46,996 nt of DNA from an uncultured Clostridia bacterium (GTDB lineage Bacteria; Bacillota; Clostridia; Christensenellales; UBA1242), in contig CAMLSW010000002.1 of the NCBI GenBank assembly GCA_946484195.1, forward strand, positions 1 to 46,996. The letters run 5' to 3'. Positions within the stretch are counted from its first letter, which is position 1, and each line of letters begins with the position of its first letter. The notes beneath the pieces were generated by a model that saw nothing but the letters and a program-made list of their open reading frames with translations, made no database searches and was not told the DNA's origin. The position numbers and the translations under genes are program-made. Positions 22,578-33,268 of this stretch are shown here, in pieces.

Positions 22578-24386
22578 ATGGATAGAATTAAGAAGATAAG
22601 AAATTTTTGTATAGTTGCACATATTGACCACGGTAAATCTACGCTTGCAGACCGCCTTATTGAAAAGACGGGCACGCTTGCCAAACGTGATATGCAAGAC
22701 CAGCTTTTAGACAGTATGGAGCTTGAGCGTGAAAAGGGTATTACAATTAAGCTTACGCCAACGCGTATGAATTACACTTGCGAAGGCGAGGAATATGAAC
22801 TTAACCTCATAGACACGCCAGGGCACGTAGACTTTACATACGAGGTTTCGCGTTCACTTGCCGCCTGCGAGGGTGCGATACTTATTGTTGATGCATCACA
22901 AGGTGTAGAGGCACAAACGCTTGCCAATGCCTACCTTGCAATTGATAACAACTTAGAGATACTGCCTGTTATTAATAAGATAGACCTTCCTAGCGCAAGA
23001 CCAGAAGAAGTTAAAAAGGAAATTGAGGATATTGTTGGCATCCCAGCAATGCACGCGCCTTGTATCTCGGCAAAGGACGGAACAAATATAGACGAAGTGC
23101 TACAGATGATAGTCAAGGAGTTTCCTTGTCCGAAAGGAGATGAAAACGGCAAACTTAAGTGCCTTATTTTTGATAGCTATTATGATAATTTCAAGGGCGC
23201 TATATGTCTTATTCGTGTCTTTGATGGTAAGGTCAAAGTTGGCGACAAGATAAAGATGATGCAAACAGGCAAAATCTTTGATGTCACAGAGGTTGGCATC
23301 TTTGTTCCATATGCAAAACAGACAGGACAGCTTCTTGCTGGCGATGTTGGCTATCTTGCAGGCTCAATTAAAAATATCAGCGATATTGAGGTTGGCGACA
23401 CGATTACAAATTTTTATGACCCAATCAACACGCCACTGCCTGGCTATAAAAAGGTGCAACCTGTTGTTTTTTGTGGTATATTCCCAGTTGATGGGGCAAA
23501 GTATAACGAGCTTAAGGACTCACTTGAAAAACTGAAGCTCAATGACGCCTCACTGGAGTATCAGCCCGAGGTATCGCAGGCGCTAGGCTTTGGTTTTCGC
23601 TGTGGCTTTTTAGGACTGCTTCATCTTGAAATCATAACCGAAAGGCTTGAGAGAGAGTTTAACCTTGATATTATCACGACAGCGCCAAGCGTCTACTATC
23701 GCGTTCACAAGACAAACGGACAGATGATAGAAATCTCCAACCCTTCGTCACTTCCAAGCCCGGTAGAGATTGACTATATAGAGGAGCCTATAGTCAAGGC
23801 GTATATATACGCTCCGCCTGAATATGTTGGCGCCATTATGGAACTTTGCCAAGAGAAACGCGGTATTTATAAAGATTTGACTTACATTGATACAAATAGA
23901 GTTAGACTTTATTACATCTTGCCACTTGGCGAAATCATATATGACTTTTTCGACAGCTTGAAGTCTCGTACTAAGGGCTATGCATCACTTGATTATGAGA
24001 TAGCGGGCTTTGAGAAGAGCGACCTTGTGCGCGTTGATATCCTTCTAAATGGCGAGAAATGTGACGCACTTTCAATAATAGTTCATAAGGACAAGGCATA
24101 TTCAAGAGGTAGAGCATTAACTGAAAAGTTAAAGAAGATTATACCAAGACAGCTATTCGAAGTGCCAATTCAAGCGGCAATAGGCAGTAAAATAATTGCA
24201 CGTGAAACTGTTTCGGCAATGCGCAAGGATGTGCTTGCAAAGTGCTACGGCGGTGACATAACAAGAAAACGCAAACTTCTTGAAAAACAAAAAGAAGGCA
24301 AGAAGAGGATGAGAAAAATTGGCTCAGTTGAGATACCATCCGAGGCATTTATGTCAATATTAAAACTTGATGATGAAGACAAGTAG
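22578..24386 (+). CDS. lepA: elongation factor 4 (LepA)
   Basis: '[15 protein letters not shown]', 'DTPGHVDF', 'NKIDL'. 602 aa with a LepA-type C-terminus. Confidence 0.95.
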   Translation: MDRIKKIRNFCIVAHIDHGKSTLADRLIEKTGTLAKRDMQDQLLDSMELEREKGITIKLTPTRMNYTCEGEEYELNLIDTPGHVDFTYEVSRSLAACEGAILIVDASQGVEAQTLANAYLAIDNNLEILPVINKIDLPSARPEEVKKEIEDIVGIPAMHAPCISAKDGTNIDEVLQMIVKEFPCPKGDENGKLKCLIFDSYYDNFKGAICLIRVFDGKVKVGDKIKMMQTGKIFDVTEVGIFVPYAKQTGQLLAGDVGYLAGSIKNISDIEVGDTITNFYDPINTPLPGYKKVQPVVFCGIFPVDGAKYNELKDSLEKLKLNDASLEYQPEVSQALGFGFRCGFLGLLHLEIITERLEREFNLDIITTAPSVYYRVHKTNGQMIEISNPSSLPSPVEIDYIEEPIVKAYIYAPPEYVGAIMELCQEKRGIYKDLTYIDTNRVRLYYILPLGEIIYDFFDSLKSRTKGYASLDYEIAGFEKSDLVRVDILLNGEKCDALSIIVHKDKAYSRGRALTEKLKKIIPRQLFEVPIQAAIGSKIIARETVSAMRKDVLAKCYGGDITRKRKLLEKQKEGKKRMRKIGSVEIPSEAFMSILKLDDEDK

Positions 24387-24448
24387 TCGATAAATATAGA
24401 TAAAAATTAGAAAAAGTCTTTTAAATCAAAGAGGGGAAAAGAATAATT

Positions 24449-25606
24449 ATGAACGGAATATATATTCACTTTCCATTTTGCGAAAAAAGGTGCACCTATT
24501 GCGCCTTTTCTTCTTTTTGTAACTTGCAAGAAAAGGATAGATACATCGATAAACTTTTAGAAGAAATTGATGAATTTGACACAAAAAACCTAAAAATTAA
24601 TGAAAATCTGCCTATTTTTCATAAAAATAATGATAATTTCGATGAAAATAATATTTTAAAGGTTGATAGTATTTATATAGGTGGCGGCACTCCTAGCTTG
24701 CTTGAGGTAAAAGATTTAGAGAAAATATTTGCCTCTTTAAACAAAAAATTTAAGTTTGCGCGTGACAGCGAAATAACAATTGAGTGTAATCCAAATTCGC
24801 TAACCGAAGAAAAACTTGCTTGCTATAAAAAGCTTGGCATAAATAGACTATCGCTCGGCGTGCAATCAGTGGATGATGAAAAACTGAAGTTTTTAGGTAG
24901 GCTTCATAGCTCCTCGCAGGCACTAGAGGCAATAAGGCTTGCAAAAAAATATTTTGACAATATTAGCGTAGATATGCTCATAGGCATTAAAGGACAAGAA
25001 GAGCAAGCTTTTATAGATGAACTAGATAGTCTAATTGAAGAAGGGGTAAATCACATCTCTACATATATGTTACAGGTTGAAGAGGGGACCGAACTTGCAA
25101 GACAATATCAAAAAAATCCTTTTTTACTTCCTGACGAAGATGAAACAGTCAAAATTTACGAAAAAACACGTAAATTTTTAGCAAATAGAGGCTTTATTCA
25201 ATATGAAATATCAAATTTTGCGCAAAAAAATAAAGAAAGTAGACATAATATAAAATATTGGACGGGCGAGAATTATGTAGGCTTTGGTCTATCCGCACAT
25301 TCATATATTTATGGTTTTCGCTCTGCTAATGCAAATAATTTTAGTGATTATTATAGCGGTAAAAAAGTGCTATATGAAAAACTTGATAAAGGGCAACTTA
25401 TTGAAGAGGCTGTTATGCTGGGGTTAAGGTGTTACTGCGGGGTTGATATTACATATTTGAGAAAACTTGGCTATGATATAGAAAATAACGAGAATTTTTC
25501 TTATTTTTGCGATAAAAACATTATAAAAAAAGAAAATAACAGAGTTTTCTTAAATCCAAAGTATTATGGCATAAGCAATTATATTATAGTAAAACTGCTC
25601 GGATGA
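24449..25606 (+). CDS. hemW: radical SAM heme chaperone HemW (coproporphyrinogen III oxidase-like)
   Basis: 'FCEKRCTYCAF' CxxxCxxC cluster and 'IYIGGGTPS'. It sits directly downstream of lepA, as in many Firmicutes. Confidence 0.85.
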   Translation: MNGIYIHFPFCEKRCTYCAFSSFCNLQEKDRYIDKLLEEIDEFDTKNLKINENLPIFHKNNDNFDENNILKVDSIYIGGGTPSLLEVKDLEKIFASLNKKFKFARDSEITIECNPNSLTEEKLACYKKLGINRLSLGVQSVDDEKLKFLGRLHSSSQALEAIRLAKKYFDNISVDMLIGIKGQEEQAFIDELDSLIEEGVNHISTYMLQVEEGTELARQYQKNPFLLPDEDETVKIYEKTRKFLANRGFIQYEISNFAQKNKESRHNIKYWTGENYVGFGLSAHSYIYGFRSANANNFSDYYSGKKVLYEKLDKGQLIEEAVMLGLRCYCGVDITYLRKLGYDIENNENFSYFCDKNIIKKENNRVFLNPKYYGISNYIIVKLLG

Positions 25607-25679
25607 TATTAAATTTTAATAATTATTGACAAATTATGATAAATGTATTATTATAATAAAAAGTTTGTTTGGAGGATGA

Positions 25680-27749
25680 ATGGAAGACAATAATTTAAAC
25701 GGACAGCCACCTATTAGCGATGAAGAGTATGTCTATGATAAAGAGGGGATAGACAGAGTTATTGCTCAATTTAAAAATGATAATGGTAAGAAAGATAAGA
25801 AAAAAGATAAAGGAAATAACAATTATGATTATAATGAAGGCAAGGAAAGAAAGTTTAGTTTAAAAAGCTTTTTGATTGCATTTTTTATCATCATTGTACT
25901 TGCAGTTGCAGGCTTTTGTATATATTATTTTGCCTTTAGAGAAGAGGATGAGACACCTTCTAATGTGCTAAGCAACAATGAGGTGCTTGGCACTGTTAGA
26001 GTGCTAGAATCAGAGGGCAGTGGGAACAAAGTTGCAACGGCAATTCCAAACGGCGTTAGTCAGTTTATCGGCTGGACAAAGGGTAGTATGTATGATTCAA
26101 CCATCATATCAGAAGACCCAAGCTTGACTATCGATATTGATGACACATCTACATATTATGCAATATTTAATATGGAAGTTGAACCTTCTTTTACCTATAG
26201 AGGCATAGAGTATTGGCTTTATGAGGACGCTAAGAGGGCTGTAGTTATAGGCAATAGTTTTACAGATGCAATACTTGATATTCCTCGTGTAATATCATTA
26301 ACAGATGGCAACTATCAAGTATACAAAATATCTATGCAGTCGTTTGTTGACAACGATTATATCACAGACATTAGATTGTCAAGGGATATCATAGAAATTG
26401 AAAGCGAGGCATTTGTAAGATGCTCTAACATATCTAATATTGTGATTGACCCGCAAAACCTATATTATACAAGCCCTAGCAACGACTTTATTATAGAAAA
26501 TAGCACCAACAAATTAATTTTAGGACTAAGCACAGTTATTCCTGAAAATGTAACTTCTATTGCTCCAAGTGCATTCAATAGTGCAGATATACCAGAGATG
26601 TTCATACCAGAAGGCATAACAGAAATACCTTATAGATTATTCTATGAAAATAACAATATTGAGCTGGTTACAATTCCGTCTAGCGTTACAGAAATTGGAG
26701 AGTCTGCCTTTGCTAATTGCGCCAATCTCACTACCGTTGTTTTAAATGAAGGCTTGCAGACAATAAATGAAAGAGCGTTCGCCCAAACAAATGTAAATTC
26801 TATCACTATTCCTTCCACTGTAAAGACAATTAAAGATGAAGCGTTCTTAGAGTGCGACAATCTTACAAGTGTTGAATTTGCACAAAATTCTACTCTCGAA
26901 ACTGTTGGTCAGAGAGTGTTTACTAGAACTGCATTTTCGTCTATCACAATACCTGCAAGTATAAAAACAATGGGCAACTATTTGGTTAGCAATAATAGCA
27001 ACTTAAAAAAAGTAATCTTTGAAGACAATAGCCAAATTCAAAACATAGATAGGCAATTTGCAAATGTGGCTAATATTGAAAGCATAGATTTTGGTGATAA
27101 CAACTCATTGTTAACAATTGCAGACTATGCATTTGCTGACTATGGAAGCCTTACAAATGTTGATTTTGGACAAAACAGTAGTTTGTATAGGCTTGGAGAG
27201 GAGTGCTTCAGAGGTTGTGGCATTACAAGCATTGTTTTGCCAGCCACTCTTGCCGAAGTTGGAACTAACACCTTCCTTAATTGCAATGCTTTAACTGCAA
27301 TTACTTTTGAAGATGGAAGCAGGCTTGACACAGTTACAAGCGGTATGTTTTCATATATCACCTCACTCGAGTCAATCGACTTTGGTGACAATAGCAGTGT
27401 AATCGAAATTAGAGAGTCAGCGTTTGAAGGGCTTAGCAACTTGCTAGAGGTTGACTTTGGGCAAAACAGCATATTAAGTAAAATCTATGAAAGCGCATTC
27501 AGTGGAACATCAATAACAAGCATAACAATTCCTGCAAGCGTTGGCTATATTGGTCAAAGCGCGTTTGACTGTGATTATCTTGTATATGCAACCTTTGAAA
27601 GTGAAAAAGGTTATGATATTTATCAAAGAGTTAATGAAGAGCTAGTCAAAGCAACGACGATTGAGTCATCTTCTTTTGCAGACACCTCTGCTATGGCAAA
27701 CAACTTGAAAAACACCTATTGTAACTACGTTTGGATGATTGTTTCATAA
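25680..27749 (+). CDS. membrane-anchored BspA-type leucine-rich-repeat surface protein
   Basis: 689 aa. K/D-rich cytoplasmic N-terminus, one TM helix, then more than 12 'IP.SV..IG..AF..C..L' repeats. Confidence 0.85.
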   Translation: MEDNNLNGQPPISDEEYVYDKEGIDRVIAQFKNDNGKKDKKKDKGNNNYDYNEGKERKFSLKSFLIAFFIIIVLAVAGFCIYYFAFREEDETPSNVLSNNEVLGTVRVLESEGSGNKVATAIPNGVSQFIGWTKGSMYDSTIISEDPSLTIDIDDTSTYYAIFNMEVEPSFTYRGIEYWLYEDAKRAVVIGNSFTDAILDIPRVISLTDGNYQVYKISMQSFVDNDYITDIRLSRDIIEIESEAFVRCSNISNIVIDPQNLYYTSPSNDFIIENSTNKLILGLSTVIPENVTSIAPSAFNSADIPEMFIPEGITEIPYRLFYENNNIELVTIPSSVTEIGESAFANCANLTTVVLNEGLQTINERAFAQTNVNSITIPSTVKTIKDEAFLECDNLTSVEFAQNSTLETVGQRVFTRTAFSSITIPASIKTMGNYLVSNNSNLKKVIFEDNSQIQNIDRQFANVANIESIDFGDNNSLLTIADYAFADYGSLTNVDFGQNSSLYRLGEECFRGCGITSIVLPATLAEVGTNTFLNCNALTAITFEDGSRLDTVTSGMFSYITSLESIDFGDNSSVIEIRESAFEGLSNLLEVDFGQNSILSKIYESAFSGTSITSITIPASVGYIGQSAFDCDYLVYATFESEKGYDIYQRVNEELVKATTIESSSFADTSAMANNLKNTYCNYVWMIVS

Positions 27750-27939
27750 TAAAGTTGAAAAAATTAAAAAAGGATGCAAGCGTTAAAAACACCTTTTTGT
27801 GTGTCTAACTAAAAGGGTATAAAATTTGTTTGCCTCCTTTTTTTGTTAATTTTTATTAAATTATTAAAAAACACTTGATTTGTTTTTAAGTTTGTGTTAT
27901 ACTCACAGCGTAAAGCATTTTTGCTTTACAAGGATAGTT

Positions 27940-28233
27940 ATGAAAGTTGAAGAAAATTTGAAATTTTGCAAACTCTTTGATATCTATGGCAAACTTTTAA
28001 GCAGTGGGCAACAAGAGATTATGTCATATTATTTGAACGATGATTTGACAATCAGCGAAATTGCCGAAAACTTAAAGGTCTCGCGTCAGGCGGTAATGGA
28101 CAGCATTACCAAGGCAGAGAAGAAACTTAATCTTCTTGAAAATAAACTGACTTTGCTTGCAAGGATAGAGGGCTACGAAAAGACAATAGAAGATTTGCAA
28201 AAACAACTTTTAAAAGAGCATAAGGAGGATTGA
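27940..28233 (+). CDS. ylxM: YlxM/UPF0122 putative DNA-binding protein upstream of ffh
   Basis: ATG at 27940. 'LTISEIAENLKVSRQAVMDSI' HTH. Its stop overlaps the ffh start. Confidence 0.8.
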   Translation: MKVEENLKFCKLFDIYGKLLSSGQQEIMSYYLNDDLTISEIAENLKVSRQAVMDSITKAEKKLNLLENKLTLLARIEGYEKTIEDLQKQLLKEHKED

Positions 28234-29543
28234 TGGCACTTTTCTCATCGTTATCTGATAGATTTAACCATATTTTTTCAAAGTTAAAAAATAGAGGAAG
28301 GCTTACAGAGCTTGAAATAAAAGAGGCTATGCGTGAAGTGCGAATAGCATTACTTGAAGCCGATGTAAACTATATGGTTGCAAAGGACTTTGTAAAAAAT
28401 GTCTCAGAAAAAGCGGTTGGCGACGAGGTGCTTAAGAGCTTGACTCCAGCTCAGCAGGTTATCAAGATTGTCAGAGATGAACTTACAAGTTTGATGTCCT
28501 CAAACAATCAAAAACTTTCAGTTTCACCAAATCCGCCAACAATCATTATGATGTGCGGTCTTCAAGGTGCGGGCAAAACTACAATGTGTGCAAAACTTGG
28601 CGCATATTTAAAGAAATCAGGCAAGCGCCCACTGCTTGTGGCTTGTGACATCTATAGACCAGCAGCCATAAACCAGCTTCAAGTTGTAGGAAAGCAGGCG
28701 AATGTTGAAGTCTTTGAAAGGGGAACGCAAAACCCAGTCAAGACGGCAAAGCAAGCGGTTGAGCACGCGATAAAGCAAGGGCTTGATTCGGTCATTATCG
28801 ATACAGCAGGGCGACTTCATATAAATGAAGAACTGATGGACGAACTTAAAAATATAAAGAAAGAGGTGAGTCCAACAGAAATACTTTTAGTTGTCGATGC
28901 TATGACTGGACAGGATGCAGTAACCGTTGCAGACGCTTTTAATAAGGACCTTGACATTACAGGCGTCATTCTTACAAAACTTGATGGTGACACGCGTGGT
29001 GGTGCAGCGCTTTCAATTAAGGCAATCACGGGCAAACCTATTAAGTTTACAGGTGTAGGCGAGAAGATAGGGGATATTGAACCTTTCTATCCAGACAGAA
29101 TTGCCAGCCGAATACTTGGAATGGGAGACGTGTTATCACTTATTGAAAAGGCGCAAGAGGCAGTAACCGAAGAAGAGGCAAAAGAACTTGAAAAGAAGTT
29201 TAGAGAAAACTCGTTTACCTTTGATGACTACCTTCAACAGATTGATAGCGTAAAAAAGATGGGCAATATTAAGGATTTGCTTGCTATGATACCAGGGCTT
29301 GGTGGAAAAGTTAAAAATCTTGATATTGACGAAAGGCAGATGGTTGTCAATAAGGCGATTATTCAGTCTATGACACCACAGGAGCGCCGAAATCCTGATA
29401 TTATCAAGGCAAGTAGACGTCAACGAATTGCTAAAGGAAGTGGAACAAGCGTTCAGCAAGTAAATCAACTTATAAAGCAGTTTGAACAGTCAAAAGAGCT
29501 TATGAAGCAAATGAAAAGCGGAAAATTTAAAAAGATGTTTTAA
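28233..29543 (+). CDS. ffh: signal recognition particle protein Ffh
   Basis: 'GLQGAGKTT', 'DTAGR', 'TKLDGD' and a Met-rich M domain. ATG at 28233 follows AAGGAGG; the TTG at 28230 is also in frame. Confidence 0.95.
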   Translation: MALFSSLSDRFNHIFSKLKNRGRLTELEIKEAMREVRIALLEADVNYMVAKDFVKNVSEKAVGDEVLKSLTPAQQVIKIVRDELTSLMSSNNQKLSVSPNPPTIIMMCGLQGAGKTTMCAKLGAYLKKSGKRPLLVACDIYRPAAINQLQVVGKQANVEVFERGTQNPVKTAKQAVEHAIKQGLDSVIIDTAGRLHINEELMDELKNIKKEVSPTEILLVVDAMTGQDAVTVADAFNKDLDITGVILTKLDGDTRGGAALSIKAITGKPIKFTGVGEKIGDIEPFYPDRIASRILGMGDVLSLIEKAQEAVTEEEAKELEKKFRENSFTFDDYLQQIDSVKKMGNIKDLLAMIPGLGGKVKNLDIDERQMVVNKAIIQSMTPQERRNPDIIKASRRQRIAKGSGTSVQQVNQLIKQFEQSKELMKQMKSGKFKKMF

Positions 29544-29596
29544 GCTATATCCCGCCAAAAAGGCGTAAAGATATAAATATTTAAAGGAGGAAAAAA

Positions 29597-29845
29597 ATGG
29601 CAGTTAAAATTAGACTTACAAGAATGGGAGATAAAAAATCACCTTTTTACAGAGTAATCGTTGCTGATTCAAGAGCTCCAAGAGATGGAAAGTTTATTGA
29701 CATACTTGGAACTTACAATCCTCTCACTGACCCAGCTGAGATAAAGATTGACAAAGAAAAAGCAAGCAAATGGCTCAAGAATGGTGCAACTCCTACAGAT
29801 ACAGCAAAGAGTCTTCTTGTAAAGAGTGGCGTTATTGAAAAGTAA
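29597..29845 (+). CDS. rpsP: 30S ribosomal protein S16
   Basis: '[26 protein letters not shown]'. Confidence 0.95.
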   Translation: MAVKIRLTRMGDKKSPFYRVIVADSRAPRDGKFIDILGTYNPLTDPAEIKIDKEKASKWLKNGATPTDTAKSLLVKSGVIEK

Positions 29846-29863
29846 AAAATTCAAGGAGAAAAT

Positions 29864-30094
29864 ATGAAAGAACTTGTAGAGTATATAGTTAAAAACCTAG
29901 TTATAGACAAGGACAGCGTCAATGTCACAGAGGAAGATGATGGTGGCGTTAAAATAATTCACGTATTTGTCGCTCCAGACGATATGGGTAGAGTTATCGG
30001 CAGGTCTGGCAAGATTGCCTCTGCAGTGAGAGCCATTATAAATTCTATATCTTCAAGACAACACCAAAAAGTCGTTGTAAAATTTGGAGAATAA
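29864..30094 (+). CDS. KH domain RNA-binding protein (YlqC-like)
   Basis: 76 aa with 'GRVIGRSGKIASAVRAI' GxxG KH motif. Conserved position between rpsP and rimM. Confidence 0.9.
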   Translation: MKELVEYIVKNLVIDKDSVNVTEEDDGGVKIIHVFVAPDDMGRVIGRSGKIASAVRAIINSISSRQHQKVVVKFGE

Positions 30095-30095
30095 T

Positions 30096-30581
30096 GTGAT
30101 AGAGATAGCTAAAATCTTAAAACCGCAAGGAATTAAGGGGGAGGTTAAAGCGCAACCTTCCACTAATATCCTTGCTGTTTTTAAATCTGTTAAAAGTGTA
30201 AGGGTGGGCGTAAAAGATTATGAAATTGAAAAGGTATCTTTTAGGCAAGGTTTTTTATACATTAAATTTAAAGGCGTAGACACACGAAACGATGCAGAGC
30301 TACTGCGTAATCATTCTATTGAAATAGATAAAGAGCTTCTTGAAGAGATAAAAGGTGAGGAAGGCTTTTTGATTGATGACCTTATCGGTATGGTACTTTA
30401 CGGCACTAACGGCGAACTCGTCGGACAGATAGTCGACGTTGTCAATTATGGCTCTTGCGATATCTTTATAATTGAAAATGAAGATAGGCAATATCAAGCA
30501 CCATATGTTGAAGATGTCTTTATCAAAGAGGGCGACAGACTCATCGTTGATAGCGAGAAACTTAAAGAGGTGCTCATATGA
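30096..30581 (+). CDS. rimM: ribosome maturation factor RimM
   Basis: 'KPQGIKGEVK' PRC-barrel protein. GTG at 30096 lies 5 nt after GGAGA. The in-frame TTG at 30084 is an alternative start. Confidence 0.85.
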   Translation: MIEIAKILKPQGIKGEVKAQPSTNILAVFKSVKSVRVGVKDYEIEKVSFRQGFLYIKFKGVDTRNDAELLRNHSIEIDKELLEEIKGEEGFLIDDLIGMVLYGTNGELVGQIVDVVNYGSCDIFIIENEDRQYQAPYVEDVFIKEGDRLIVDSEKLKEVLI

Positions 30582-31252
30582 GAATAGATATATTGACGCT
30601 TTTTCCAGAAAGTTTCTCCTATTTAAACTCAAGCATTTTAAAAAGAGCTCAAGAAAATGGTCTACTTGAGATAAATCTTATAGATATTCGAGATTTTTCT
30701 TTAGATAAACATAAAAAATGTGATGATTATCCTTTTGGTGGCGGTGCAGGGATGCTTATGAGCGCTCAGCCGATATATGACGCAATAAAAAGTGTGCAAG
30801 ATGATAATTCTTTTATTGTCTTCCCATCTCCAAGTGGTGAGAAATTTAATGTAGATATCGCTAAAGAGCTGTCTAAAAAGGAGCATTTAATATTTATTTG
30901 TGGCCATTATGAAGGTATAGACCAGCGTATAATTGATATCTTTTCACCGCTCGAGTTGTCCATTGGTGACTATGTGCTTACGGGCGGAGAGCTTCCAACT
31001 ATGGTGATAGTAGACTGTCTTTCACGTTTCATCGATGGCGTGATAAGCAGGGAAAGCTTGCTTGAAGAGAGCTTTTCGTCAAATAATCTAGAGTATCCGC
31101 AGTACACAAGACCGGCAGACTTTAAAGGTTACAAGGTGCCCGAGGTGCTTTTATCTGGCAATCACGCCGAGATTGAAAGGTATAGAAAGGAGCAGTCGGA
31201 GCTTATAACAAAAAAGAGGCGTCCTGATTTATTAAATAAGAAAAATGACTAA
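30578..31252 (+). CDS. trmD: tRNA (guanine37-N1)-methyltransferase TrmD
   Basis: 'MRIDILTLFPE', 'DDYPFGGGAGM', 'GHYEGIDQR'. ATGA overlap with rimM. Confidence 0.95.
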   Translation: MRIDILTLFPESFSYLNSSILKRAQENGLLEINLIDIRDFSLDKHKKCDDYPFGGGAGMLMSAQPIYDAIKSVQDDNSFIVFPSPSGEKFNVDIAKELSKKEHLIFICGHYEGIDQRIIDIFSPLELSIGDYVLTGGELPTMVIVDCLSRFIDGVISRESLLEESFSSNNLEYPQYTRPADFKGYKVPEVLLSGNHAEIERYRKEQSELITKKRRPDLLNKKND

Positions 31253-31406
31253 TTAAATATTAAAGATATAAAATTTAAAAATTGATTAAAAAGATTAGTG
31301 ATTTTGACTTTTAGAAAAAATATAGTTTTGCAGGAGACGCATAACCGCATTATATTAGATTATACAAACATCATTTTAGATAGTTTTAACTAAAAAAGAG
31401 GTAAAA

Positions 31407-32222
31407 ATGAAGATAAACTGGTTTCCAGGACATATGAAAAAAGCATTAAGAGAGATTGAAGGTCAACTTAAAAATGTTGACGTTATTTTGTATGTCTTAG
31501 ATAGTAGGGCGCCACTATCTTCAATCAATCCAAGCCTAAATAAACTTACAAAGGATAAGGCAATTTTATATATTTTTAATAAATATGATTTGTCTGATAA
31601 GGGGCGAGTAAGTCAGCTTGCAAAGGATTTCAAAACCCAAAACAGCGATTACGTTTTTATGAATAGTACAAGCTCTGGTGCAAGTAAAGTCATAAAGAGT
31701 AAAATTTTAAGTTTATCAAAAGAAAAGCTAGATAAGGCAAAGGCAAAAGGTGTTAGGGCAATAATTCGCGCTATAGTGATAGGCGTTCCAAACTCTGGCA
31801 AAAGCACACTTGTCAATAATCTATGTGGAAAAGCAAAAGCAGTTGTTGGCAACCGTCCAGGAGTTACTAAAACTACAAAATGGCTAAGTATTGGAGATAA
31901 TATTGAGGTTTGCGATACGCCAGGAACACTTTATCCAAACCTTGAAAATCAAGATACTGCTAAAAAGCTTTACTTTATAGGCAGTATAAAGGACGAGATT
32001 ATATCCGATGTCGCCTTGCTTACCCAAGATTTTATAGATATGACAAAGGAAAAATACTATCAAAATCTTGTTTCTAGATATGGCGAAGACCTTACAATCG
32101 AGGCAATAGCTAAAAAGCGTGGTTACCTTTTGTCTAAAGATGAGTATGATTTGGAGCGCACATCTTCTGCCGTTCTAGACGATTTTAGAAAGGGTAGACT
32201 TGGTGGTATTACATTGGACTGA
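31407..32222 (+). CDS. rbgA: ribosome biogenesis GTPase A (RbgA/YlqF)
   Basis: 'INWFPGHMKKA'. Circularly permuted G motifs 'NKYDL' then 'GVPNSGKST' then 'DTPG'. Confidence 0.9.
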   Translation: MKINWFPGHMKKALREIEGQLKNVDVILYVLDSRAPLSSINPSLNKLTKDKAILYIFNKYDLSDKGRVSQLAKDFKTQNSDYVFMNSTSSGASKVIKSKILSLSKEKLDKAKAKGVRAIIRAIVIGVPNSGKSTLVNNLCGKAKAVVGNRPGVTKTTKWLSIGDNIEVCDTPGTLYPNLENQDTAKKLYFIGSIKDEIISDVALLTQDFIDMTKEKYYQNLVSRYGEDLTIEAIAKKRGYLLSKDEYDLERTSSAVLDDFRKGRLGGITLD

Positions 32223-32231
32223 TGAGGTAAT

Positions 32232-32576
32232 ATGAAAGAATATAATAAAATAAAAGGAAGCGTTGGAGAGATAAAGGCGGTCAATTATCTAAAGAGCGAA
32301 AAATACAAAATTCTTGAAACCAATTATAGAAATCTAATAGGCGAGATAGATATAATCGCGAAAAAAGACAAGTTTATTGTATTTGTCGAGGTCAAAGCGA
32401 GGGAGACCTATGCCTTTGGCAACCCTAGCGAGGCGGTAAATCGTACCAAACAGTATAAAATTAGACGCACTGCCGAAGGGTATTTAAAAGAAAAACATTG
32501 CTATGATAGCCCTTGCAGATTTGATTGCATAGAGATTGTTGGAGATAGAATCAATCATATTGAGGACGCTTTTTAA
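32232..32576 (+). CDS. YraN family (UPF0102) endonuclease-like protein
   Basis: 'GEIDIIAKKDKFIVFVEVKAR' and 'RFDCIEI'. Confidence 0.85.
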   Translation: MKEYNKIKGSVGEIKAVNYLKSEKYKILETNYRNLIGEIDIIAKKDKFIVFVEVKARETYAFGNPSEAVNRTKQYKIRRTAEGYLKEKHCYDSPCRFDCIEIVGDRINHIEDAF

Positions 32577-32700
32577 TGCAAAAATCAATAGTTTTATAAA
32601 TTTGCACGAATATAAGTGCTTTTTTATTATAAATAAGATAAAAGTGTATTAAAAATATTTTTTTGTCAATAATTTTACCAAAGCTTAGATAGGAGAAATT

Positions 32701-33207
32701 ATGGCAAAAAGGCGAAGTTTACTTATTATTTTTATATTACTTGCAATGATTTTTATGACGGCGTGCGAAAATTCGACTCAACTTAGATGTGCGACAATCT
32801 CAGAGATAACAAGCGCAGGCAGTGATAACTATGCAGTTAGAATAACCCCCCTAAATGACACGCGCATAAAGGATAAATATGTTGACGTTCAGATAAAATT
32901 TGATAAGGCTAGCGAGGTTGTTTTTTGGGAGGAAAATCAAGACAGGCTAACCCTTAAGATTGACGATTACGATGAGTGGTACTCTCTAACTTCGCTGATT
33001 GCCACCGCAGAAAATAGACAAGGCTATGAAGAATTTGAAAAGTTTTCGCAAAGTAGTGCCAAAACCTATCTATTTAACTATGACGGCAATCTTGAGATAA
33101 CTTTTAGGGTGGTTGTTGGCGATGTTGAAGAAAATAGCGCGGGTACTGGGCAGATTTTGGTTGGAAGCGAGCCAATAAGTGACCAGTTTACATTAAAAAT
33201 CAAATAA
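32701..33207 (+). CDS. lipoprotein of unknown function
   Basis: Lipobox 'FMTAC'. 168 aa. Confidence 0.7.
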   Translation: MAKRRSLLIIFILLAMIFMTACENSTQLRCATISEITSAGSDNYAVRITPLNDTRIKDKYVDVQIKFDKASEVVFWEENQDRLTLKIDDYDEWYSLTSLIATAENRQGYEEFEKFSQSSAKTYLFNYDGNLEITFRVVVGDVEENSAGTGQILVGSEPISDQFTLKIK

Positions 33208-33268
33208 AGGCAAAAAATTGCTTTTATTTTTTTTAATTTTATAGTAATATATTATTACGAGGTGACAA

